From NCBI GenBank assembly GCA_965248575.1, contig CBDFJQ010000002.1:3264001-3328000 (forward strand): DNA of 64,000 bases. The letters are read 5' to 3'. Of this stretch, positions 38,551 to 48,843 are shown piece after piece; the first letter of the stretch is position 1; every line of letters starts with the position of its first letter. The notes beneath the pieces were generated by a model. That model was not told the DNA's origin. It did no database searches and worked only from the letters and a program-made list of their open reading frames with translations. Origin of the DNA: Planctomycetota bacterium. GTDB taxonomy: Bacteria; Planctomycetota; B15-G4. Made by a program: the position numbers and the translations under genes.

Positions 38551-40641
38551 ATGCTGCTTCGCTCCCTGACCTGCCTCGCCCTGACGACCGCCCTGCTGGG
38601 CAGCGCTTGCTCGGATAGCTCCGAGCCGGCCAGTTCCGGAGAGCGGGCCAGCGGCTCGGCGGCGGGCGCCGGGGGCTCGGAGACTCCTCTGCCGACGCCT
38701 GAGAACACGCCGGTGCCCCAGGCCAAGGGCCCCCAGACCGTCGTGCTCATCAGCCTCGACACCCTGCGGCCCGACCGGCTGGGCATCTACGGCAACACCG
38801 CAGGTTCCCTCGAGGTCTCCCCACGCATCGACGCCTTCAGCCGCGAGGCGGTGGTGTTCGACCAGGCGCTGGCCGCCTCGCCGTGGACGCTGCCCTCGCA
38901 TATGACGATGCTCACAGGCCTCGACCCCATTGCCCATGGCGTCAAGAACGGTGCGTACAAGTTGTCGAGTGGCGTGCCAACCCTCGCTGAGGGCCTCAAG
39001 GAGGCTGGTTTCTCCACGGGTGCCTTCACGGACGGCGGCTTCGTCATCCGGCGTTACGGCTTTGACGCTGGCTTCGATCTGTTCGACGACGTGCGCAATG
39101 CCAAGGGCGAAGGCCCCAACGGCTTCGAGCGCCTCTTGCCCAAGGCCCTCGACTGGCTGGAGGACCGCAAGGCCAACGAAGACGCCTTCCTCTTCCTGCA
39201 CACCTTCGACGTGCACGCTCCCTTTGATGAGGGCGACGAGGATGTGATCGAGCGATTCCGCAAGCGGCCCACCCCTGATGGCCCGGACGACTGGGGCTTG
39301 TCCATCGTGAGCCACATGCACCAGCAGACGCGCATGGGGCTGGACGAATACACCCGCCTTTCGCAGCTGGCCAACGACTACGACGCCGGCGTCTACGAGG
39401 TGGACCGAGGCGTGGGCAAGGTCATCGACACCCTGAAGGACATGGGTCGTTACGACGACGCGCTGATCATCATCACCTCCGACCACGGTGAGTCCTTCTT
39501 CGAACACGGCCTGCACGTGGGCCACGGCATCGGCCTCAAGGACGATGAGCTGCGGGTTCCGCTCATCGTGAAGTACCCGGGTGCCGTAGGCGGCGGCAGC
39601 CGGCACGATGAGCTCGTCGGCCTGGTGGACATTCCCCGCACGGTGCTCGAAGTAGCCCGGCTCGATATCCCCGAGACGACGCAAGGCGAGAGCCTGGTTG
39701 GCCTCAGCCGTGGCATGCGTCGCAAGGTGGATTTCATCGTGGGCGCCTCCCAGAACATCCGCGCCTTCTTCTTGGTGCAGAACGGCTTCAAGTACATCAC
39801 TCCCGTGGGCGTCGAGCCGATGCTCATGGCCCAGCGGCACCTGGGCCCCCAGTCGCCGAGCTGCATCAAGCCCAACCCTGACAGCCTCACCTACACCATC
39901 GGTGCCGAGCCCGAGACCACCACGCTGGTGTATGACCTGGAAGGGGACCCCCTGGGCCTGCGGGATGTGCTGCCCTCGGCAGAGGAGCTCTATGACCGGG
40001 GCACCGATCCCGGGGAGATGGAGAACCTGGCGACGAACAGTCCGCCGCAGCTGGAGAAGATGCGGCAGATCTTCGAGAACCACTACGCCGCCTCGGACGC
40101 CATCGGGCTCGAGTTCTTCGACCCGGACGACCCGGACGCAAACGAGTCGGACCCCACGGACCTGAGAGTCCTGCAGGCCCTCGGCTACCTCGACAACCCC
40201 ACCAAGCAGTCGGCCCGCTCCATCCCGCGCCACATGCGCGAATGGGTGACGAACCCCTGGGTCGCCCCGGACACCGAACTGCTGCAACAGGCAGATCGCC
40301 GCGTGCAGCGCGTGCGGGCACGGGCTCGGGAGGGCAACCTCACCCAGGCGGATCGCGACGCCCTCCAGAAGGCCGGGTCCGAGTACCTCAAGTGGTACGA
40401 GCAGCACCAGCACTTCCGGACGCGCATCGAGTGGCGCGTGCTCGTCGTGCTGGGGCTGGCCGAAGACGCCGGCTTCAGCTTGAACATCGCAGCTTGGAGC
40501 AAGAGCATCCCGCCCGGCACCTGGACGATCGAGACGCTCGTGCCCAGCACGGGCACGGAGCAGGGCACCGGGCAGAACATCGACCCGGCACCGGGATCGG
40601 AATCAGGGTCGACCGAAGGCACGGACGACAGCGGCAAGTGA
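38551..40641 (+). CDS. Sulfatase/alkaline-phosphatase superfamily lipoprotein
   Basis: SLDTLRPD, SPWTLPSHMTMLTG, TSDHGE, LRVPLI, ELYD...DPGE, LQALGY; lipobox GSAC. Confidence 0.88.
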   Translation: MLLRSLTCLALTTALLGSACSDSSEPASSGERASGSAAGAGGSETPLPTPENTPVPQAKGPQTVVLISLDTLRPDRLGIYGNTAGSLEVSPRIDAFSREAVVFDQALAASPWTLPSHMTMLTGLDPIAHGVKNGAYKLSSGVPTLAEGLKEAGFSTGAFTDGGFVIRRYGFDAGFDLFDDVRNAKGEGPNGFERLLPKALDWLEDRKANEDAFLFLHTFDVHAPFDEGDEDVIERFRKRPTPDGPDDWGLSIVSHMHQQTRMGLDEYTRLSQLANDYDAGVYEVDRGVGKVIDTLKDMGRYDDALIIITSDHGESFFEHGLHVGHGIGLKDDELRVPLIVKYPGAVGGGSRHDELVGLVDIPRTVLEVARLDIPETTQGESLVGLSRGMRRKVDFIVGASQNIRAFFLVQNGFKYITPVGVEPMLMAQRHLGPQSPSCIKPNPDSLTYTIGAEPETTTLVYDLEGDPLGLRDVLPSAEELYDRGTDPGEMENLATNSPPQLEKMRQIFENHYAASDAIGLEFFDPDDPDANESDPTDLRVLQALGYLDNPTKQSARSIPRHMREWVTNPWVAPDTELLQQADRRVQRVRARAREGNLTQADRDALQKAGSEYLKWYEQHQHFRTRIEWRVLVVLGLAEDAGFSLNIAAWSKSIPPGTWTIETLVPSTGTEQGTGQNIDPAPGSESGSTEGTDDSGK

Positions 40642-42089
40642 GCGCGCTGCTCGCGAGCGTCGCGATCGCGCTCGCCGGACTGTGCGTCGCTGCGCAGGAT
40701 GTTCCCGACACGATCCTGCTCGTGGGCGGGCGCAGCTTCGGCGAGAGCCAACACGTCGCCGACGCCTTGAACGGAATGCTGGCGGCCTCGGGCGTGCTGG
40801 GGCCGAGCCGCGTCGCGCTGCTTCCCGGATGGGAGGCAAACGATGAAGGGCTGTCCGAGCAGTTCGCGAAGGGCCCGACCCCCAGGGCGCTGTTCGTCAT
40901 CGTCGGCAACCTCTCGATCCTGCAGAACATCGACCCCAGCCGGCCGATCCCCACTGCGCCGAAGGAACTCAGCAGCCGCGAGATCGACCTGGCCGCGTTG
41001 GGCCGCCAGCTCGATGAGCTCGTCATGGCAGCCGGACGCATGGACACGCCGCTGGTGTTCGTCACGGCCCCGCTCGGCAAGCAAGGTCGCCTGGAGACTC
41101 CCGAACTCCTGAGCGTCGCGCAGGCCCTGCGAACCCGCAGCCCGCTGCTCGATCTGGCAGCGGACTTTCGGGAGCGAGAGAACCTCGCGCTCTTCGAGAA
41201 TGGGGTGGACAGCTTGAATGCGTGGGGGCGTGAAGCGGCCGCGAGACGGCTGTTCGACGCGCTTTGCAGGGATGAAACACTCGTGCCTGCGCGGACCCAG
41301 GCCGAGCGGGCAGCCCGCGCCTCTCAACGCGCCCTCTCAGCCTGGGCTCAAGCAGACCACGAAGCCTTCGAACGACTCACGGCGGAGGCCCTGGAGTTCG
41401 CCGCAGAGACGCCCAATGAGGCCGGGCGGCATGCAGCCTTGCGAACGGCGCGCGATGGCCTGCGCAACTCCGCGCAACACTGGCTCGCCGTCGGCGAGGG
41501 CACTCGACCCACTCTGGAGGGGTCCGTTCCCGGGCTCGCGGTGGCCCGGTTGTTGTTGGGACCTCCGGAAGCCGCTCTGCACTCGGACGACCCGTTCGAA
41601 CAGCAGTTCCTACACGTCGCTTCACAGCTGGCCGCTGGGCAAACAGGCGCTGCCGCCAGGGCCTCTCGGGAGCAGGTGAGCACGACCCCGCACCGTGTGG
41701 AGTCTTGGATCGCCCTGCAAATCGCCGCCCTGGTCACGGACAGCAATACCCAGGACACCCTGGTCGAGATCGGAGGGCCGTCGCCTGAGGAAGCCCTGGC
41801 CAGCGTGGGCCTCGTGACGTCCGGGCCCCTCTCCCTTGCCCGCCAAGCAGACTTGATCAGCATGGGTTGGCAGGCGGCTGAGCTGCTTCCCGTGACCCTC
41901 ACGGTGGAAGCGCCCTTCCGGCATCTCGAACCCCACGGCCCGGCACAGGCGGCCCTGCATCGCCGCTTCGGGATCAAGATGCGTCACTCCGCGCTCAACC
42001 TTTGGGCTCACGATGTCCGGGGCGCCCTGGTGCCGCCCGCTTGGAAGGACGCACTTGAGCAACTCAGGGGCGGCCGCTCTCCCCGCTGA
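40638..42089 (+). CDS. Hypothetical secreted protein, weak SGNH-like N-terminal domain
   Basis: GTGA overlap with upstream gene; signal peptide; LFENGVDSLNAWG resembles degenerate SGNH block V. Confidence 0.55.
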   Translation: MSALLASVAIALAGLCVAAQDVPDTILLVGGRSFGESQHVADALNGMLAASGVLGPSRVALLPGWEANDEGLSEQFAKGPTPRALFVIVGNLSILQNIDPSRPIPTAPKELSSREIDLAALGRQLDELVMAAGRMDTPLVFVTAPLGKQGRLETPELLSVAQALRTRSPLLDLAADFRERENLALFENGVDSLNAWGREAAARRLFDALCRDETLVPARTQAERAARASQRALSAWAQADHEAFERLTAEALEFAAETPNEAGRHAALRTARDGLRNSAQHWLAVGEGTRPTLEGSVPGLAVARLLLGPPEAALHSDDPFEQQFLHVASQLAAGQTGAAARASREQVSTTPHRVESWIALQIAALVTDSNTQDTLVEIGGPSPEEALASVGLVTSGPLSLARQADLISMGWQAAELLPVTLTVEAPFRHLEPHGPAQAALHRRFGIKMRHSALNLWAHDVRGALVPPAWKDALEQLRGGRSPR

Positions 42090-42092
42090 GGG

Positions 42093-43040
42093 TCAGCCGC
42101 CGACCTGGTTCATCTGCACATGACCTATGCCGTCATGCACCTCGGGCTTCACGCGCCGCACGAACTCGAGCGCCTCGCCCACGAGCTCTTCGGTCTGGCC
42201 ACCTCGCAATGCGTCACGGAGCTCCACCTCTCCGCCTTCGAACAGGCAGCTACGCAGCACGCCCGACGCGGTCAAACGCACCCGGTTGCAGGTCTCGCAG
42301 AAAGGCATGGAGATGGCCGAAATGATGCCGACCCGCTGGCCCTGTTCCCCCACTTCGAACATGCGCGCCGGGCCCGAACCACCTGGAACGGGCTTGAGGG
42401 CTCCGACCGATTCCACGGCAGCCTGGATCTTGTCGAGGGGGACGCGCTCCGAGCTGAGGCCGTACTGGTTGCTGGCCAAGGGCATGAACTCGATGAAGCG
42501 CTGTTCGATGCCGCGCTCGCCTGCATAGCGCACCATGTCCGGGATCTCGTCATCGTTCACGCCGCCCATGACCACCGTGTTGATCTTGGTGCGTTGGAAA
42601 CCGACGGCCAGGGCCGCCTCGACGCCTTCGAGGCAGTGCTCCAGCGTCTGGCGCCGGGAGAGCTGCTTGAAGGTCTCCGGTCGCAGGGTGTCCAGGCTGA
42701 TGTTCAGGCGATCCAAGCCCGCATCCCGCAACGCCTGCGCGTGCCGCGTCAAGAGGCTCGCATTGGTGGTCATGACCACCTGGGGCGCCTGAGGCAGCGC
42801 CTTGAGCATGCCGATCAGCAGCGGCAGATCCCGGCGAACCAGCGGCTCCCCGCCCGTCAGCCGGATCTTCTTCACGCCCCGTTCAACGAGCACCCCGGCG
42901 ATCTGCAGGATCTCCTCGAAGGTCAGCAGGTCGTGGCGGTCCAGGAAGAGCTGATCCTCCGGCATGCAGTAACCACAGCGGAGGTTGCAGCGATCCGTGA
43001 CGGAGATCCGCAGATAGGTGATGTCCCGGGCCGGCCCCAT
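42093..43040 (-). CDS. moaA: GTP 3',8-cyclase MoaA
   Basis: YLRISVTDRCNLRCGYCMP, RLTGGEP, FCETCNRVRL..CL, C-terminal GG. Confidence 0.96.
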   Translation of the reverse strand: MGPARDITYLRISVTDRCNLRCGYCMPEDQLFLDRHDLLTFEEILQIAGVLVERGVKKIRLTGGEPLVRRDLPLLIGMLKALPQAPQVVMTTNASLLTRHAQALRDAGLDRLNISLDTLRPETFKQLSRRQTLEHCLEGVEAALAVGFQRTKINTVVMGGVNDDEIPDMVRYAGERGIEQRFIEFMPLASNQYGLSSERVPLDKIQAAVESVGALKPVPGGSGPARMFEVGEQGQRVGIISAISMPFCETCNRVRLTASGVLRSCLFEGGEVELRDALRGGQTEELVGEALEFVRRVKPEVHDGIGHVQMNQVGG

Positions 43041-43220
43041 GGCAAGGGTGCTGGCAGAAGCATTCGGCAAGGGTTTACGAGTGATCACGGCGATCCCAAC
43101 GGGGCCAGCCAGCCTAGCTTGGAACCCCAGATTCGTTCCACTTCCTCGCAAATGCCGGCCCAGCGAAGCTCCCTGGGGCCCCGCGCTCCTCGAGGATCGG
43201 GGGGGCCTCAGGGAGTCGGC

Positions 43221-44528
43221 TCAGAGGAAGACCCCGAGCTCGTCCAGCAGGCCACGGGTGTTGAGCTTGCCGATCGCCTTCACCTGCATCTGCCGGACCC
43301 GTTCGCGTGAAACACCTATCTCCCGCCCGATTTCATCGAGGGTCATGGTGTCGCCGCCACCGAGTCCGTAGCGCTTGCTGATGATGTCCTGCTCCTGGGT
43401 CGAGAGCAGCCGCTTCATGACGTCCTGAAGGGCGTGGCCCAGGTCCGCCTGCTCCGTGGCCACCATGCCGGACTCCGAATCTTCGGCCTCAAGGACTGCA
43501 GCGAAGGAATCGTTGTCGTCTCCGCCCAGGGGCACATCCAGGGAGAACCAACTGCGGTCCGTCTCCATCAGGCGCGCTGCGCTCTCCGGTGAGACCTGGA
43601 ACAGCTCGGACACCTCCGAAACATCCATGTCCTTGTGGTTGCGGGGAAGCTTCCCCTCGCGCCGGAACCGTCGCATCTTCTGCTGGATGTAGTTGGGGAC
43701 GCGCACGATGCCGCGGTTCGCAGTGATCATCCGCTCCATGCCTTGCTTGATCCAGAGCGTGGCATAGGTCTGGAAGCGCACCTTCTTGCGGAAGTCGAAC
43801 TTCTCCACGGCACGAATCAGGAAGGAGTTGCCCTCCTGGATGAGGTCCATGACGGGCAGCCCATAAGTCCGGTAGTTCGAGGACATGCCGATCACGAGGT
43901 AAAGGTTGCGCTCCACGAAGTGCTGACGCAGTCGTCCGTATTCCCTGACGCTGTTGCGTACCACGGGGTCATGGCTGTCGCAGGGGAAACCGTCGGGAAA
44001 GAGCGCCCGGTCGGTGTCCTCCAAGCCCAGCGAGTCGTCCACGGGATCCGTCAGATCCAGATCGTCCAGGCGGTTCCGCGCGACCACGGAACGCAGTTCG
44101 TCGCAGTTCACTCCTCGATCCAGAATCCTTTCCCGGTCCTCCTCTGGAAGGCCGGAGCGATCCACCACCTGCCGCAGCCGCGCCCGGGCAAACTCAAGCC
44201 GCCGCGCGATGAGTGTTTCTTCAGCGCGGGTCAGCCGGCGCAGGGATCGCACCTGCTGCGCGTAGAGGCGGTAGTCGTCCCCCTGCCACGAGGTGGCCTG
44301 GGCATTGGCGTCGATGTGCTCGAAGAGCACGTCATCAGCTGATGCCGCGTCGATGATGAGGACGCCCTTCAGGGAACGAAGCAGGGACGCCATCTGTTGA
44401 GGCGTCTCGCATGCGTCCACGAGAAGTCTGTCCAAACTGTCATATGCCAGGACACCCGCTTCACGAGCTGCACGCAAGCAGCTGCGCTTCTGGGCGGGAT
44501 CGAAAGGAAGAACATCGGGGGTCTTCAT
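43221..44528 (-). CDS. Sigma-70 family RNA polymerase sigma factor, RpoD/RpoS-like (non-primary)
   Basis: DLIQEGN..LIRAVEKFD..RFQTYATLWIKQ, VRVP, SLD, MTLDEIG..VSRERVRQ. Confidence 0.92.
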   Translation of the reverse strand: MKTPDVLPFDPAQKRSCLRAAREAGVLAYDSLDRLLVDACETPQQMASLLRSLKGVLIIDAASADDVLFEHIDANAQATSWQGDDYRLYAQQVRSLRRLTRAEETLIARRLEFARARLRQVVDRSGLPEEDRERILDRGVNCDELRSVVARNRLDDLDLTDPVDDSLGLEDTDRALFPDGFPCDSHDPVVRNSVREYGRLRQHFVERNLYLVIGMSSNYRTYGLPVMDLIQEGNSFLIRAVEKFDFRKKVRFQTYATLWIKQGMERMITANRGIVRVPNYIQQKMRRFRREGKLPRNHKDMDVSEVSELFQVSPESAARLMETDRSWFSLDVPLGGDDNDSFAAVLEAEDSESGMVATEQADLGHALQDVMKRLLSTQEQDIISKRYGLGGGDTMTLDEIGREIGVSRERVRQMQVKAIGKLNTRGLLDELGVFL

Positions 44529-44949
44529 GGTGATGGCTCTCCGAGGAAGGCTGCCTGATTACGAGAGCTGCTCTGCGGCTGTTGAGAAAAGTCGGCGGTG
44601 TCTCCGTCGCGCCATGGGTCGTTGAACAGACTGCATTCGGGCACCTGCTGTGCCCGTAACAACGCAGGCCTTTGAACGAGATGACGTCGCAAGGCTCTCT
44701 GCCATTGCGCCTTCGCGACGAATCCAACCGACTCTTCGTGGGAAGCCGGCCCTTGGATGCAGGTCAGCTCGAGGAGGTGACCGTCTGATCCTGTGGCTTG
44801 TCTACGTCAGCCCAGCGCGACGCACCCTGCCAGCGTGGTCGGACCAGCTGTGAACGCGCCCGAGAAAGCGACGGTCGTGTCTCAAGATCTCGGCCCGACC
44901 CCAGATCTGACCTTGGGCCTCTGAGCGTCTCTCCACACCTCTCCCTGTC

Positions 44950-44968
44950 CCAAGCCGAGTCGGCTTGG
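44950..44968. terminator. GC-rich hairpin, possible terminator
   Basis: CCAAGCCGA-G-TCGGCTTGG inverted repeat downstream of the DUF5658-like gene; no U-tract. Confidence 0.3.
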
Positions 44969-45001
44969 CCCACTCCCACAACCCGGACGTCCCAGCCCTT
45001 G

Positions 45002-45454
45002 CTAGAGCGCGCGAATCTGCAAAACCAGGTGGTAGAGGCCCAGCAGGAAGTAGAACGAGAAGCCCACGCCCAACGCGGTGCGGGCGGGCTTGAAGTTCTT
45101 GTGCAGCATGACGAAGAGCAGGCAGACGCCCGAGAGGACGCCCTTCATCACCACGAAGAAGGTGGAGCCCTGGTCGATCATCCACTGAGCGATGGGGTTC
45201 AGCTCCTGCCCGCCCTTGCCCAGGTAGATGAGCGTCGACACGGAGTCGATGACCGTCAGCGAGAAGAACACCAGCAGCAGCATGACCAGCTTGGGGCTGT
45301 AGACGTCGACGTAGACGTCCTCTTTCTCGTCGGTGCGTCGCCCCTGCTTTCGCCGACCACCCAGGAAGGTGTAGCGGGAAATCATGGGTGTGGGCCGCAC
45401 GCGGCGGTCGCCACCCCGGGGCAAGAACTCTGTTGTCTTCGGTTCGGAATTCAT
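45002..45454 (-). CDS. DUF5658-like small membrane protein
   Basis: GDRR, GGRRK..RR, YVD.Y, D...TL...G.ELNP, F...K motifs. Confidence 0.7.
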   Translation of the reverse strand: MNSEPKTTEFLPRGGDRRVRPTPMISRYTFLGGRRKQGRRTDEKEDVYVDVYSPKLVMLLLVFFSLTVIDSVSTLIYLGKGGQELNPIAQWMIDQGSTFFVVMKGVLSGVCLLFVMLHKNFKPARTALGVGFSFYFLLGLYHLVLQIRAL

Positions 45455-45464
45455 GGTTTTCCGG

Positions 45465-45493
45465 TTATCGACTGCGGCCTAGGACGGACTTCA
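45465..45493 (-). promoter_or_regulatory. Putative alternative-sigma promoter TGAAG-N16-GTCGATAA
   Basis: -10 close to sigma28 GCCGATAA; 10 nt before ATG. Confidence 0.5.
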
Positions 45494-45576
45494 CGAGATT
45501 CTCAAACCCACCCCAGGGGCACCACCAGGAGCGGTGGGATGGTGCCCGCTGGGAGATCCTATAGACTCCCGAAGCG

Positions 45577-47223
45577 ATGACTCGCCGTCTCCTCGTACCT
45601 GCGCTGATTGCCCTTGCTGCCTGGTGTGCAACCGCCCCAGGCCTCGATGGCTCCTTCGTCTACGACGACGCTCTCTATGTGGTCGAGAACCCCGCGGTCT
45701 CAGGGGACGCCCCGGTCTGGAGTTCGCCCCTGGGGAATCCCAGGCAGGGCCTCTGGAGGCCCCTGACTGTGCTCAGCTTCCGCATGCAGTGGGAGAACGA
45801 GTTCAGCCCGCGAGCCCTGCACGCCGGAAACATCGTGCTGCACGTCCTGGCCAGCCTGCTCGTGCTGCTGCTCGCGCGACGGCTTCAGTTCGGCTCAACG
45901 GCTGCGGCCATCGCGGGGCTGCTCTTTGCGGTGCATCCGGTCCACGCAGAATCCGTGGCCTGGGTGACCGGACGGGCTGAGCTCCTGGCGACGGTCTTCG
46001 TGCTCATCTCCTGGTGCGCGTGGACATCCTCCGGCCGCGGCGCGGTCGCGGTCTCCTTGCTCGCCCTGGCATGCGCTGGGCTCTCCAAGGAGAACGCCTT
46101 CGCGGCACCCGCACTGTTCGTGCTGACCGACCTCGCTCTCAAGCGACGTCCCATGCCCTGGGGCCGGGTGGCGCTCATGGGAGCGACCGTCATCGGGGTG
46201 TTCTCCCTGCGCCTCGTGGCCCTGCCCCAGCTCTTGCCTGCCGATGGGCCGTTCACCGACACGGGCTTCGGAGGACGCCTGGTGGTAGCCCTCAACATCC
46301 TGGGAAGCGCCCTCCGCCTGCTGGTCTGGCCTCACCCGCTCCGGGTGGAATACCAACGGCACGAGTTCCAGCTTGCAGACCCCGCCAACCTGCTCGCCGT
46401 GGCGGCCCTCGCAGTGGTCGTCGTCCTGATCTGGAAGCGACACCGGCCCCTGGCCCTCGCCCTGGTGCTGATTCCCGTCGCCCTGCTCCCTGTCCTGAAT
46501 CTCGTGCCCATCGGAGAGGCCTTCGCTGAGCGTTTCCTCTACTTGCCCTCGGTGGTCTTCTGCCTGGCTGCCGGTGCCACTTTTGGTCTGCGTGCTCGGA
46601 GCGAAGTGGACAGTGGCCATGGGCTGGGCCTGAGCGTCGCCGTGATGGTCGTGCTCGTGGTGATCAGCGTCCCCATGAGCCGTGCGGCGACCCGGGTGTT
46701 CCGCACCGACCTCAGCCTTTGGCGGCACGCCGCCCAAGTTGCCCCCCACCTCCCACTTGCGCGCTACAACCTCGGCCTCTTCCTGGATCGCGCGGGCCAG
46801 CACCTGACGCACGACCGCGGGCAGACGGGCTGCATGGATGAGTTGCGGGCCTCCCTCGAACTCGACCCCTCCCACGTGTACGCAGGCTATGCCCACGAGA
46901 TGCTGGGGACCCATGCGCTCGGGCAGCGAGGCGTCGCAGTGCCTGCCAGCCCCTGGACCGCTGCCGACCACTACCGCAAGGCCATCGTCCTGGCCCCTGG
47001 CTTGTTCGACGCCCGGATCCATCTCGCAACCATCGCCGCCGCAGCCCCCGAAACCGTCGGCGTGGCCGAAGCCTTGGCTGCCCTCGCGCCCATCACCCTC
47101 GATGGGGGCGCCCTGGACGAGCAGGTGCTGGCAGCGCGCGAGCTGGAGCGTCAGCTTGCCGAGTCAGTCTCAACATCGTCGGACTCGAAACTCACGGGCA
47201 CATCGTCCCCGGAAGGGTCGTAA
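45577..47223 (+). CDS. TMTC-like GT-C glycosyltransferase with C-terminal TPR-like region
   Basis: FVYDD, WRPLT, FAVHPVHAESVAWVTGRAELL, SKE, AERFLYLPS, ARYNLG. Confidence 0.85.
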   Translation: MTRRLLVPALIALAAWCATAPGLDGSFVYDDALYVVENPAVSGDAPVWSSPLGNPRQGLWRPLTVLSFRMQWENEFSPRALHAGNIVLHVLASLLVLLLARRLQFGSTAAAIAGLLFAVHPVHAESVAWVTGRAELLATVFVLISWCAWTSSGRGAVAVSLLALACAGLSKENAFAAPALFVLTDLALKRRPMPWGRVALMGATVIGVFSLRLVALPQLLPADGPFTDTGFGGRLVVALNILGSALRLLVWPHPLRVEYQRHEFQLADPANLLAVAALAVVVVLIWKRHRPLALALVLIPVALLPVLNLVPIGEAFAERFLYLPSVVFCLAAGATFGLRARSEVDSGHGLGLSVAVMVVLVVISVPMSRAATRVFRTDLSLWRHAAQVAPHLPLARYNLGLFLDRAGQHLTHDRGQTGCMDELRASLELDPSHVYAGYAHEMLGTHALGQRGVAVPASPWTAADHYRKAIVLAPGLFDARIHLATIAAAAPETVGVAEALAALAPITLDGGALDEQVLAARELERQLAESVSTSSDSKLTGTSSPEGS

Positions 47224-47771
47224 CCCACCAGGCCACCGACGAAGTCCCAGATCTCGTAGGGGGTGATCTCGGCTTCGACCCCGATCAACACGAGGTGCAC
47301 ACCGAGGCCCACCGAGCCGCGCCAGCTGTCCAGCTTCCCGTGGGGCGAGACGTAGCCGGCGATCACCTCTCGGTCGATGTGGAGCTTGTTCGAGTCCCGG
47401 CTCGACCAGCCGGGAAACATGAGCTCCCGCGTCGCATCGAACCAGGCGCCGCCATAACGGCCAATGGTCCCCACCATGAAGCAGGGCACGGAGCGCAGGC
47501 TGCTGTCCTCCGGCTTCGGCAACGCCCGCTGGTCGGGGCCCCGCATGACGAAGCCGAGTTGGACGTATTCGGTGGCGCGCACGTAGGCGCTCAAACCGGC
47601 GCCAAAGGCGACCCGAACACCGAACATGTCCATGAAGTCGGCACCCCGGGCTTCCATCCAGCCCATGGGGTCCCGGGGACCAGCAGCCGAAGCGCAGCTG
47701 GTGGCCAGGGTCAGAAGCAGGGCCGCAGCGAAGCCAGCGCGGGCTCTGCGGTCGGTCTTGTGGATCGTCAC
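47151..47771 (-). CDS. Hypothetical lipoprotein
   Basis: Lipobox ATSC; RGADFMDMF; C-term EIWDFVGGLVGYDPSGDD; overlaps the convergent gene by 73 nt. Confidence 0.65.
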   Translation of the reverse strand: MTIHKTDRRARAGFAAALLLTLATSCASAAGPRDPMGWMEARGADFMDMFGVRVAFGAGLSAYVRATEYVQLGFVMRGPDQRALPKPEDSSLRSVPCFMVGTIGRYGGAWFDATRELMFPGWSSRDSNKLHIDREVIAGYVSPHGKLDSWRGSVGLGVHLVLIGVEAEITPYEIWDFVGGLVGYDPSGDDVPVSFESDDVETDSAS

Positions 47772-47853
47772 GCTCGACTCCCTCAGGGGTCCCCACATGG
47801 TGACAGGCCATCCACCGGCAAAAAAAGGGCTCGTCGGCTGTAGACTCTCCGAC

Positions 47854-48843
47854 GTGACTGACGCGGTGGTCCTCATCGTGAATTTTGAGAGCGGTGATCG
47901 ACTCCACCGATGCCTGGAGTCCGTCTGCGCCCAAGAGCCCCCGGCGAGCCGGGTGCTGGTGATCGACAATGCCTCCACCGATGGGTCGGCAGACGACCTG
48001 CCGGCGGGCGTGGAGCTGATCCGCTGCCCCACGAATGAAGGCTTTGCAGCGGCCCTCCTCGCTGGGCTCGCAGCCAGCCGGGAGCCCTTTGTGTGGACGC
48101 TCAATCCCGATCTTGAGCTCCAGCCAGGCTGCTTCGCCGCCGCCTCGGCGGCCCTCGAGGCGGACCACCGGGCAGGGAGCGTGGCCCCTCGCGTTCTCCA
48201 GCAAAACGCCCCCGAGCGCGTGGACGCCACCGGCATCGGCATCACGTCCCTGCTGGGGCAGATCAACTGCGACCACGATCAGCTGGCGGCCGACCTGGCG
48301 GACGAAGCGCAGGAGGTCTTGGGCCCGCTGGGCGGTGCTGCCCTTTGGCGGCGCGTCGCACTGGAGCGCGCCGGCAACTTCGACCCCCGCTACTTCCTCT
48401 ACTGGGAAGACATGGACATCGCCCTGCGGCTGAACCGCGCCGGCTACGAATGCCGCACGGTGCCACAGGCCGTCGTCCTGCACGAAGGGGGTGGGACCGT
48501 CGGACACCACTCGCCTCGCAATGTGTTCTACATGGTGCGAAACCACTGGCTCTGTCTTGCACGTAGCCTTCCCGGCCCCCTGCTGATGGAACGCGCCCCC
48601 TGGCTGGTGATGGCGCCCATCAGGGCAACGCTGCTCTATGCGCGCCGCGGTCGGCTAGGCAGCGCTCTGCTGGGCCTGATCTGCGGCGCGCTGCTCCTGC
48701 CTTCCGCACTCTGGTCCCGCCGCCAGCTGCCGCGCAGCGGGTCCAGCGACAAGGCCGCCCAGCGGATTCGCCTCCTGATGCAGGCCGCCGACGAAAACAG
48801 ACTGCTCATGCGCCACGCTCGCCACACCAAGGCCAGCCCGTGA
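47854..48843 (+). CDS. Glycosyltransferase family 2
   Basis: IVNF, IDNASTDGS, N.GFA, LNPD, FLYWEDMD. Confidence 0.92.
   Translation: MTDAVVLIVNFESGDRLHRCLESVCAQEPPASRVLVIDNASTDGSADDLPAGVELIRCPTNEGFAAALLAGLAASREPFVWTLNPDLELQPGCFAAASAALEADHRAGSVAPRVLQQNAPERVDATGIGITSLLGQINCDHDQLAADLADEAQEVLGPLGGAALWRRVALERAGNFDPRYFLYWEDMDIALRLNRAGYECRTVPQAVVLHEGGGTVGHHSPRNVFYMVRNHWLCLARSLPGPLLMERAPWLVMAPIRATLLYARRGRLGSALLGLICGALLLPSALWSRRQLPRSGSSDKAAQRIRLLMQAADENRLLMRHARHTKASP

Noticed and set aside
44770..44885. GACCGTC/GACGGTC long-range pairing in a long intergenic region (6S RNA or riboswitch?)
   Set aside because: Only a 7-bp stem with no recognisable family motif; needs an Infernal/Rfam search
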